Shown in pieces: positions 45,701 through 53,719 of a DNA stretch of 64,000 nucleotides. A program made the position numbers and the translations under genes. The stretch's first letter is position 1; each line of letters begins with the position of its first letter. The notes below the pieces were generated by a model, which saw only the letters and a program-made list of their open reading frames with translations, ran no database searches and was not told the origin of the DNA. Origin of the DNA: Clostridia bacterium (GTDB lineage: Bacteria > Bacillota > Clostridia > Oscillospirales > CAG-272); the NCBI GenBank assembly GCA_017550315.1, contig JAFZPN010000054.1, positions 1,766-65,765 of the forward strand. The letters run 5' to 3'.

Positions 45701-48127
45701 GCGCACGCATTTGTCCGCGTCAGCGCCTCCGCCGAGGTAGGCCGAGACCTCCTCGAAGACGATCTCCTCGATCTCCGGCGGGGTGTAGTTCACGTACGGT
45801 GTGAGGGACGCGCCGTCGAGCAGGGAGCGGATGCCGTCGATGAGCGCCTCGCCAAAGACGATCACCCTTCCGTTTATCGGAGCGGTCTGGACATTGTTCT
45901 CCGCACGCTGTTTGATCTCGGTCCTGGAACCGGTTTCGACGATATAATACTGTCCAAAAACCTCCGCCTGACGGTCATACGCGGATTTCAGGGATGGAAA
46001 AACATCGGAAAACAGAACGGCCAGAAGGTTCCCGGAATTCCCGCCATATCCCTCCGGATCGAAAAAGAAGGTACGGATCAGTTCCCACGCGGCGTCGGGA
46101 TCGGAGCAATAGGATGTAATCATGCAGACGGTATTTGTGTGAAGATCGACCGTATCCTGCCCGTTTTCGCTCGGATAACCGACGGTTGAAAGCTCCGGAC
46201 CGTCTTCTTCTGTTGCGCCGAATCTTTCTTGTAGTTCATAGATCCCTCGAACACTCTGGTACCACGCGCTCTGCAGGGCGATCGTCCCGTCGCGGTACGG
46301 TGTGAAGTCGTTATATTGTTCATCGGCGCTCATGCCGGCCCAGAAGCTCGCACGGCGCATGAATTCGTCACTGTCCTTCGGAAGCGTTTTCAGATAGCGG
46401 AGCATTCGTCCGAAATCCGCGCGGTCGAAATGGCACGTGCCGGTGTTATAGTCGATCCAGCGGCCGCAGCCCGACGGTCCGAGCAGAAAGTCCGTCCAGT
46501 TCTCCTGCGTGAGGTCTTCGATGCCGACCGATCCGTTCGGACGCGATTCGAGGAAGTCGAGCGCCTCGTCGAGCGTCCAGCTTCCCTTCTGCGCGTATTT
46601 GCCGAGTGTGTCGCTCCGTCCCGTCAGCGCGCGGAGTGTGAAGGTCGGGCTGAGGCCCCACAGGCCGCCGTCCCGATCGGTAAAATACGAGCGGACCATG
46701 CCGAAAAGATCGTCGAGACGCACCTCTGCGTCGTTTTCAAGGTACGGCGTGAGGTCGCGGTACAGCTTCTTCTCAATCATCACGTCGACGATTTTCTTGC
46801 CGTTGTTTGCGAGAATGATGTCCGGTGTGTAGAAGCCGTTTACCACGTTGAAGCACAGACGGTCGAACCGTTCTTCGACGGCGATGCTGTCATCCAAAAC
46901 ATCCGTGAGCACGACGCGCATATCCGGATGCTCGCGGTTGAATTTCGTGATCTTTTCCTCAATATCGCGGTTTGTGCCGAACATGGCGTTCGCCACTTCG
47001 ATGACCTTGACCGAGGACAGATCGACGTCGTCCGCGCGGCGGTAAAGGGTGATGCCGTCTTCATTTTCCGCCGTACCCGCCGTATCGTAAAACATAAACA
47101 CATCGGGCGCGACGGCTCCGACGAGGTAGGCAGTCGCCGGGAGGTTCGAGTTCTGCCGGTTCAGAACAAGAACACGCTCTTTTCCTGTCACGGCATAAAT
47201 GCCGTCGCTGTCATACAGGTAATAGTCCGCGCCGGGACCGAAAATGACCTGGGCATGATCGTACCCGAGATCGGCGAAAAGCTCCGCCTGCGTACGATCC
47301 GCCCCGAGCTTCCAGATCTTCCTGCCGGGCGTCTGACCCGCCGTGAACAGGCAGGAGCCGTCCTCCCGCACGTCTGAAAGAAGAACGACCGCCTCCTCGG
47401 AGGAAACGGAATACCGACGGTTCAGTTCTGCATCGAGGATCGAGAGTTCGGTTCCCGTGACGGCAATCGTTGTTCCACCTGGGAAAAGCGCAGCTTTCAG
47501 GTTGAACATCCCGTTGTCATTCGTTGGATTCCCGAACAGATCCCGGACGGGAGCGGACCGGTGATCCGAACCGTCAAGGGCCATGCGGTGGAATGTGAAA
47601 TCCTTCGCTCCGTCCGACGCCGAGCGGTAAGTGAGATACCACACCCCGTTTTCCGTCACTCTGCCGTGATGGAACTCGTGTCCGTCCTGCATGGGCAGAG
47701 GGATGGAAGCGGTGCATTCCCCGTCGGGCAAAATCGTGCGCAGGGTGGTGACGGTGGACTCAAAAACAACAGGGTTTCCGCCGAAGTAAAGCTGATTTCC
47801 GTTCGCGTCGGTCATGGGAGTTTCCAACGTCTTCTTTGAAAACGCCGTTAGCTTACCACTCTCCGGTTCGTACAGGGGGACGGTCGCCGCGTTCAACTGT
47901 TCGCCCTCATACCGGTAAACCTCGGCGGCGCGGTAAATGCCGGTCAGCGTCGTCGCGTTCTCCATCGGTGCGGATTCTCCTATCACGGGATCGCGCATGG
48001 ACTGGGAGGGGGCATTTGTCTTTCCGCCGCCTTCCTTCTTCCCGCAGCCTGTCAGAAGAAGGAGAACGGCGGACAAAAGAGCAAGTCCCCTGTTGGCGCG
48101 TTTTTTGTTCTGTTTCGGTGTTTTCAT
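45656..48127 (-). CDS. Large lipoprotein: N-terminal beta-rich domain plus C-terminal solute-binding-protein domain
   Basis: Lipobox LTGC; KFNREHPD, DLTPYLE, WTLDE, DAAWELIR, IQSRVGIWLAE. Confidence 0.82.
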   Translation of the reverse strand: MKTPKQNKKRANRGLALLSAVLLLLTGCGKKEGGGKTNAPSQSMRDPVIGESAPMENATTLTGIYRAAEVYRYEGEQLNAATVPLYEPESGKLTAFSKKTLETPMTDANGNQLYFGGNPVVFESTVTTLRTILPDGECTASIPLPMQDGHEFHHGRVTENGVWYLTYRSASDGAKDFTFHRMALDGSDHRSAPVRDLFGNPTNDNGMFNLKAALFPGGTTIAVTGTELSILDAELNRRYSVSSEEAVVLLSDVREDGSCLFTAGQTPGRKIWKLGADRTQAELFADLGYDHAQVIFGPGADYYLYDSDGIYAVTGKERVLVLNRQNSNLPATAYLVGAVAPDVFMFYDTAGTAENEDGITLYRRADDVDLSSVKVIEVANAMFGTNRDIEEKITKFNREHPDMRVVLTDVLDDSIAVEERFDRLCFNVVNGFYTPDIILANNGKKIVDVMIEKKLYRDLTPYLENDAEVRLDDLFGMVRSYFTDRDGGLWGLSPTFTLRALTGRSDTLGKYAQKGSWTLDEALDFLESRPNGSVGIEDLTQENWTDFLLGPSGCGRWIDYNTGTCHFDRADFGRMLRYLKTLPKDSDEFMRRASFWAGMSADEQYNDFTPYRDGTIALQSAWYQSVRGIYELQERFGATEEDGPELSTVGYPSENGQDTVDLHTNTVCMITSYCSDPDAAWELIRTFFFDPEGYGGNSGNLLAVLFSDVFPSLKSAYDRQAEVFGQYYIVETGSRTEIKQRAENNVQTAPINGRVIVFGEALIDGIRSLLDGASLTPYVNYTPPEIEEIVFEEVSAYLGGGADADKCVRNIQSRVGIWLAEHQ

Positions 48128-48170
48128 CGGATACCCCACGCAAACCTGCCGTTTGTACAATCTTACAATC

Positions 48171-48310
48171 ATTATACCACAATCTACTCTAATATGCAAG
48201 AGCAATTTTCCGCGGGCAGAAAAAAGCCCCGGAAGACCTCAGGGGGAAGCCTTCCGGGGTGTTGATTATCTCTGTTCCGCGAGCCAAATCGACACGCGGG
48301 ACTGGATCTT
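48171..48310 (-). repeat. Copy 2 of the diverged direct repeat (gene end, terminator, promoter)
   Basis: Same blocks as 45563-45700; TTGCAT-17-TATAAT at 48199-48171. Confidence 0.85.
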
Positions 48311-50602
48311 TTCGGCGCAGTCTTCGGGGGTCCCGACGCCGCCCATCCAGGCCGAGATCTCCTCGCGGATCAGGTCGTTGACCTCCGGCGGGAGCAGATC
48401 GATGGCGCGGCCGCCCGCCGAATCGAGCCAGGTACGGATCCGCTGGATCTGTTCTTCGTCCGGGGGCTCGACCGTGTACGGCCTGCCGGGTTCCATCCGG
48501 TCAAAGAGCGCCTTGATGTTGTCCTCTTCCTTTTCGTAATCCTCAACCTTCACGTTCCATTGGACCCAGCCGCCGTCCGCAAAGTGCAGATGGACCCACT
48601 TCTTTCCTTCTTCCATCGCCTCGTCATATTCGGATTTATATACGGTGTACCCGATGGAGGAATCCCCGCGCGGGTCGAGGAAGAGGGCGCGGAGGAATTC
48701 CCACGCCTCGTCCGGATGCGGGGCGGTCTTCGGAATGACGTATCCGTTTCCGTAGATCTTCACGCGGCCTGCCGGATTGTCCGAGGGATAGCCGACGATC
48801 ACGAAGTCACGGGTTCCGAACAGATGCTCCACGCCCATGCCGGTGAGATCCCTGCAATCCGCGAGCGTGTAAAAGCCGAGGCGGGTCAGTTCGCTGTTTT
48901 CCCGGTACTCCGGTCGGTTGCTCTGGATCTGTTGCGCGGTGGGCAGGTTGTCGATATAGCGCAGATAGCGGACGAAGAGCGGCGAATCGAAGGAGCAGGT
49001 GCCGGTTTCGAGATCCACGAAGGACTCGTAAACGCCCGGGAGATACCGCGCCATCGTGCCGCGCATCCCGTACCACTGGGAGAGATAACGCCCTTCGGGG
49101 AGGGTCTCGGCGTAATCGAGGTATTCTTCGACGCCCCAGCCGTCGTCGCTGCCGTAGGGGCCGAGCAGTTCCCGCGTGGAGACCCAGGTCTCGGGCAGGA
49201 TGCCGTTCGTGAAGCCCCAAAGGCCGCCCTCGCCGTTGTCGAAAAAGCGCAGGGCGATGCCGAAGATGTTGTCGGGATTCAGCTTATCCTCTTCCCGCAG
49301 GTACGGCATCAGGTCGACGGTCCGCTTCTGGCGCGCGAGGGTCATCATTTCGAGGGAATCGAGGCTCCCGACGACGATGTCCGGGCGGATGATCCCCGTC
49401 GTCATGTCGAGCAGGAGTTTCTCGGCGCCTGCTTTGTAGGTGTCGCTGTATATACTGTAATCGAGCAGGTTGATCTGGATGTCCGGATGCTCAGCGTTGA
49501 ACTTAACAATGAACGATTTGTCGAGGATGTCCCGCTGGGCAAACGCGAGCTGCAGCGTGACGGTATCCCCGTCCGCCTCCTCCTCTGCCGGGACGAACCA
49601 CATCGGGGTACAGAGCAGACCTCTGGACGTGGGATCCACGTGCCGGAACAGGAGCCCGCCGTCGGACACGAGCATGAGCTCGACCCGCTCGCCGCCGACG
49701 TCGCCGCTGACGAGACTGCCGCCCTCGCCCCAGAGGACGCCCGAGGAGAGGAAGTTCATCACGGGATGCACGGTCATGGTCCCGCTCTCCTCCCTCCGGA
49801 GACAGCGGATGCCCTCGCGCGTGTCGTAGTACAGCGATCCGTCCGGACCGAAGGCGATACGGCGGTTGGAAGGATCGAGCCCGATCGCCTCGTCATACCC
49901 GCCGGTGGTTTTATTGAGTCGGTAGGCCCCGCGGTCGGAGGAGCCGTCGTAATCGGCAGACGCCCAGATCCGCCCGTCGGGATCGGCCGTGAGGCAGGAG
50001 AGGATCCCGCCCGGCTTCACTTCGGTGAGGAAGCGCAGATCGGACGTGTAGACGAGCGCGGTGTCGCCCGAGACGAGCCAGAGATCGCCGTCCCCATCCG
50101 CCGCCATCCGGTCGACGTAGAAGGACGGAGGCATCCCGGACAGATCCCGGAGCGCCGTGTCGACCGTCAGCGTGCCGTCCTTCCGGTTTGCACGGCGCAG
50201 GAGGGTGCCGTCCGCCGTTTCGAGCGCGTACCAGACGGAATCGCCGGAAAAGGCGGACGCAGAGAGATATTGCCCCTCTCCCGCCGGAAGATCCGTCTTC
50301 GCGAGCACCGCGCCGTCCGTCGAGAGGGCGAATACCACGCATCCCGCGCTCATATCGGAAGCTCTTGCCGCGACGAGGACCGCGCCGGATTCCGGATCGA
50401 GCATAGCGCCGCCGCCGGGCGTCATGGTCCAGCCGTCGGGGAGGGTCAGCGGTGCGGCGGTATAGCGTTCCCCGGCTGCGTCGACCAGCGTCGTGTCGAG
50501 CGCGCCGTGGACAGGCGTTTTGTCTTTTCCGCATCCGGCGATCCCCGCGAGGAGGAGAAAAGCCAGAACCAGAGCAAGCCAAAGTTTTCCCGTATGTTTC
50601 AT
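48266..50602 (-). CDS. Large lipoprotein: N-terminal beta-propeller-like domain plus solute-binding-protein domain
   Basis: Lipobox IAGC; DGDGDLW, DPDGRIW and GPDGSLY blades; KFNAEHPD, DEAWEFLR, IQSRVSIWLAE. Confidence 0.82.
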   Translation of the reverse strand: MKHTGKLWLALVLAFLLLAGIAGCGKDKTPVHGALDTTLVDAAGERYTAAPLTLPDGWTMTPGGGAMLDPESGAVLVAARASDMSAGCVVFALSTDGAVLAKTDLPAGEGQYLSASAFSGDSVWYALETADGTLLRRANRKDGTLTVDTALRDLSGMPPSFYVDRMAADGDGDLWLVSGDTALVYTSDLRFLTEVKPGGILSCLTADPDGRIWASADYDGSSDRGAYRLNKTTGGYDEAIGLDPSNRRIAFGPDGSLYYDTREGIRCLRREESGTMTVHPVMNFLSSGVLWGEGGSLVSGDVGGERVELMLVSDGGLLFRHVDPTSRGLLCTPMWFVPAEEEADGDTVTLQLAFAQRDILDKSFIVKFNAEHPDIQINLLDYSIYSDTYKAGAEKLLLDMTTGIIRPDIVVGSLDSLEMMTLARQKRTVDLMPYLREEDKLNPDNIFGIALRFFDNGEGGLWGFTNGILPETWVSTRELLGPYGSDDGWGVEEYLDYAETLPEGRYLSQWYGMRGTMARYLPGVYESFVDLETGTCSFDSPLFVRYLRYIDNLPTAQQIQSNRPEYRENSELTRLGFYTLADCRDLTGMGVEHLFGTRDFVIVGYPSDNPAGRVKIYGNGYVIPKTAPHPDEAWEFLRALFLDPRGDSSIGYTVYKSEYDEAMEEGKKWVHLHFADGGWVQWNVKVEDYEKEEDNIKALFDRMEPGRPYTVEPPDEEQIQRIRTWLDSAGGRAIDLLPPEVNDLIREEISAWMGGVGTPEDCAEKIQSRVSIWLAEQR

Positions 50603-50618
50603 CGAAAACTCCCCGGAT

Positions 50619-51323
50619 TCACGATCCGTGTTCCATGCTCTCCGCGATGCGGATCAGCATGTCCGCGTCGACGGCGTCGCTGTTCGTTTTGAGGGTGAAG
50701 ACGTACCCATCCGTCCACGTCAGGGCGAGATACCGGCCCGCGGAGGTAAAGAGCCTGGCCTCGGTCCGGCCGTTCAATAAGACGGATTCGATGACGAGGT
50801 CGCGGTTGTCGAACCAGTCCGTCTCCGCGTCGGGCTTGATAATGTGCTGATCGAGCATGATGCGGTCGCGGGCTGCGTCGAGGATCGTGTGGGTGACGAG
50901 ATAGTCCGTCGCGAAATTCGTCTCGAGCGTCCATCCGTCCGGCAGCCACGCGGGGAGCACGACCTCCTCGATGACCGACGGGACCGGCTCTTCCGCATCG
51001 TAGCGGACGCCGACGTGCGTGTCGTATGCGCGGATCGCATAGCGAAGGACGGCGGCGCGGACCGGCTGGATCGCCATGCCCAGCGCGAAGAGGGAGACGA
51101 TCGTGCTGATCAGGATCGCAGCCGCCTTGACCAGCCGCGGATGAGGTGTCCGCCCCGCGCCGTCCCGCAGAAGGGATTTCACCTCGCGCCGGTACCTGCG
51201 GTAGTCCCGGTCCTTCGGGATCGCGGGACCGGACGCCTGTGTCATCGCGTCCCAGTCCTCCCGGACGATCTCTCCGAGCGCGCGGCGCAGCGCTCCGCGG
51301 AAGATTTCCTCTGCCGTGTTCAT
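50619..51323 (-). CDS. Putative anti-sigma factor (DUF4367-like)
   Basis: Single TM followed by PVRAAV, LPAWLPDGW, LTWTDG and LIRIAES; directly downstream of an ECF sigma gene. Confidence 0.75.
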   Translation of the reverse strand: MNTAEEIFRGALRRALGEIVREDWDAMTQASGPAIPKDRDYRRYRREVKSLLRDGAGRTPHPRLVKAAAILISTIVSLFALGMAIQPVRAAVLRYAIRAYDTHVGVRYDAEEPVPSVIEEVVLPAWLPDGWTLETNFATDYLVTHTILDAARDRIMLDQHIIKPDAETDWFDNRDLVIESVLLNGRTEARLFTSAGRYLALTWTDGYVFTLKTNSDAVDADMLIRIAESMEHGS

Positions 51324-51324
51324 G

Positions 51325-51882
51325 TCAGTCCTCTCCCTTCTTCCACTCTTCGATGACGAGGCGTCTGGCCCGCATCAGGCGCGTCCGGACCGTTCCCCGC
51401 GGGATGCCGAGTTCCGCGGCGATCACGTCGTCCGGGAGCTCTTCGAGGATCTTCATTTCGAGCACCTCCCGGTACTTTGCGTCGAGCGAGCGGATGATCG
51501 CTTTCAGACGGCCGATGCACTCGTCCGAGAGAAGGAGATCCTCGGGCGCGGGGGCCGCTTCCGTGACGGATTCCTCCTCTTCCTCGTCGTATGCAGTGAA
51601 CGCGATCTTCTGACCGCGCCGGTATTCGTTGATCGACAGGTTTTCGCATGTGCGGAGAAGAATGGCTTTCATCTGTTCGTCCGTCCGCCCTTCGTAGCGT
51701 TCAAAGTGTTCGATGAGGCGGAGGAAAGCCTCGCCGACAATGTCCTCCGCGTCTTTATAGGTAGCCGCGCTGCCGAGATGACGGACGGTGCTCCGGATCA
51801 GCATGTCCCCGGATTCCTCCCAGAGACGCCGGATCCGGTCCCTACCCTCCTCGGGCAGCAGCATCAGCGTGAGCGTAAACAT
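51325..51882 (-). CDS. ECF RNA polymerase sigma factor
   Basis: DAEDIVGEAFLR (region 2) and IAAELGIPRGTVRTRLMRAR (region 4). Confidence 0.9.
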   Translation of the reverse strand: MFTLTLMLLPEEGRDRIRRLWEESGDMLIRSTVRHLGSAATYKDAEDIVGEAFLRLIEHFERYEGRTDEQMKAILLRTCENLSINEYRRGQKIAFTAYDEEEEESVTEAAPAPEDLLLSDECIGRLKAIIRSLDAKYREVLEMKILEELPDDVIAAELGIPRGTVRTRLMRARRLVIEEWKKGED

Positions 51883-52030
51883 CGGTGTACCTGCTTTTCG
51901 CGTTTTTCTCTATGCTCTCATTATATCAGATCGGATCCCGCCTGTCAAAGATTATCCCTTCATTGAGTATAGACAATCGGGAACGCGTTTTGTTTCAGAA
52001 ATCGGGAAAAAACTCCCCGAAAAATATAAA

Positions 52031-52054
52031 AACCCGCAGAAGGCTCTGCGGGCG
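52031..52054 (-). terminator. Terminator after the HPr-like gene
   Basis: CCCGCAGA-aggc-TCTGCGGG hairpin next to an A run (U tract on the minus strand). Confidence 0.65.
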
Positions 52055-52080
52055 GTATGTTTGGATTTGGTTGGGGCCGT

Positions 52081-52314
52081 TCAGCGGATGTATTTTTCGA
52101 ATTCAAAATAACAGTTGAAGTCGGCCTCGACAAAGATTTCGTCCCACGAGACGCGGGCCATGGCGACACCGAGGACGCTCTTCGCGTTCAGGCGCCGGTT
52201 TCCGTTCACCAGCGTGACGGGGTAGGAACACTTCGTCGCGATACGGACGAATTCCAGCACGTCGGCACTGGTCACGAGTTCGATTTTGTAGCGGTACTTG
52301 TTGTTGCAGATCAT
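52081..52314 (-). CDS. HPr-family protein lacking the catalytic His15
   Basis: FVRIATK...LNAKSVLGV (Ser46 motif); no histidine anywhere in the 77 aa. Confidence 0.72.
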   Translation of the reverse strand: MICNNKYRYKIELVTSADVLEFVRIATKCSYPVTLVNGNRRLNAKSVLGVAMARVSWDEIFVEADFNCYFEFEKYIR

Positions 52315-52541
52315 AGCGATACCCTCCTTAGGGAAAAATCGGCGGCACGGAACGGGGCTTCTCCCTGCCGTCCGCTCCTATTATAGTCCTTTTTTTCGCA
52401 TTGTCAAGAGGGGCGCGCCAAGTTCTCCGTTTTGACGGATTTGTCAACAGGTTCGGGCGCTCAATATGCTATTTTCACAACGAAAATGTGTGCGTTTTGT
52501 GCAATCAGCACATGTATGAAGGGCCTATCTTCGTCACACGG

Positions 52542-53528
52542 TCAGGTACTCTCGATATGTGCCGGGAAGACGATGCCGCTCTGACGGCGGATCTCGTCCA
52601 TGATCCGAAGGGTGAGGAGTGTGTTCTCCTGCCACCTTCCGGGCAGCACTTCGCCCCGCACGGCGCGCACGAAATCGTCGACCTCGAAGCGCATATTGCT
52701 GCCGGCGCGGTCACAGAGAAGGATCTCCTCCTCTTCCCTGCGGCGCTTCAGCGAGACGGACTCCATCGTCGAGAGCTTGCCGAGCAGGACCGCGCCGTCC
52801 TCGCCCGTGATGACCGAGGGATTCGCGGACTCCGTGATCTTGGAGTAGACGATCTCCGCCTGCATCTCCGGATAGGTGAGGAAGACCGTTCCCATGCCCT
52901 CCATGCCGTTTTCGAGGATCACCGAGCGGGCGTAGACGGATTCCGGCGCGCCGAAGAGCATCGCGCAGACATGGACCGCGTAGCACCCGATATCCATGAG
53001 CGCGGCGTTGCCGAGCGTCGGATTGAAGGCGTTGAGCACCTCGCCCTCGCGGAAGCGGTCATAGCGGGAGGAATACTGGCAGAAATCGAAGCACGCGCGG
53101 CGCACCGTCCCGATCCCCCCGATCGCCTCGCGCGCCGTCTCCACCGCCGGATCGTGGCCCGGGCGCATGGCTTCGAGCACGACGACCCCGTTCTGCGCCG
53201 CGGCGGAAGAAAGGATCTCCCACTGAGCCGCGTTGAGGCAGGCGGGCTTTTCGACGAGGACGTGCTTGTCGTGCCAGACCGCCATCATCGCCTGCGGATA
53301 GTGTAAAAAGTTCGGCGAGGCGATGTAGACGGCGTCGATGTCGGAGGAGAGGAAATCCTCCATGTCCGTGTAGACCGCGGGGATCCCGTGACGATGTGCA
53401 AATTCCGCGCCGCGCTCCTCCGTCCGGGAGTAGACCGCCGCGAGGGCGATGCCGTCCGCCTCCTTCACCGTGTCACAGAGCCAATCCGAGACGAAATTCG
53501 TGCCGATCACGCCGAGGGTGATGTCCAT
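52542..53528 (-). CDS. Gfo/Idh/MocA family oxidoreductase
   Basis: GVIGT, VYIASPNFLH, HVLVEKP, ALMDIGCY. Confidence 0.88.
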   Translation of the reverse strand: MDITLGVIGTNFVSDWLCDTVKEADGIALAAVYSRTEERGAEFAHRHGIPAVYTDMEDFLSSDIDAVYIASPNFLHYPQAMMAVWHDKHVLVEKPACLNAAQWEILSSAAAQNGVVVLEAMRPGHDPAVETAREAIGGIGTVRRACFDFCQYSSRYDRFREGEVLNAFNPTLGNAALMDIGCYAVHVCAMLFGAPESVYARSVILENGMEGMGTVFLTYPEMQAEIVYSKITESANPSVITGEDGAVLLGKLSTMESVSLKRRREEEEILLCDRAGSNMRFEVDDFVRAVRGEVLPGRWQENTLLTLRIMDEIRRQSGIVFPAHIEST

Positions 53529-53719
53529 ATCCCATCCTCCGTTTGAAAATTCATATTTTATCCGCAGTTCGTTCAGTTTGTCTTCTTGCACGGGACCGGG
53601 TTTTATGTTATCCTATGCATGAAAACCTCTGTCATCAGAATACAACAACCGCGCGGGCTTGTCAAGGGTTTTGCGGAAATTTCCGCTCCGTGCCCGCGCA
53701 GAACCGAAAGAGGCGCCGT

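Noticed and set aside
43963-48205. Extended N-termini given by the ORF track (44145, 45610, 48205; likewise 10146, 14179, 30542, 53543, 56546)
   Set aside because: The extensions overlap neighbouring genes or promoters. Downstream starts with RBS or family-typical N-termini were used instead.
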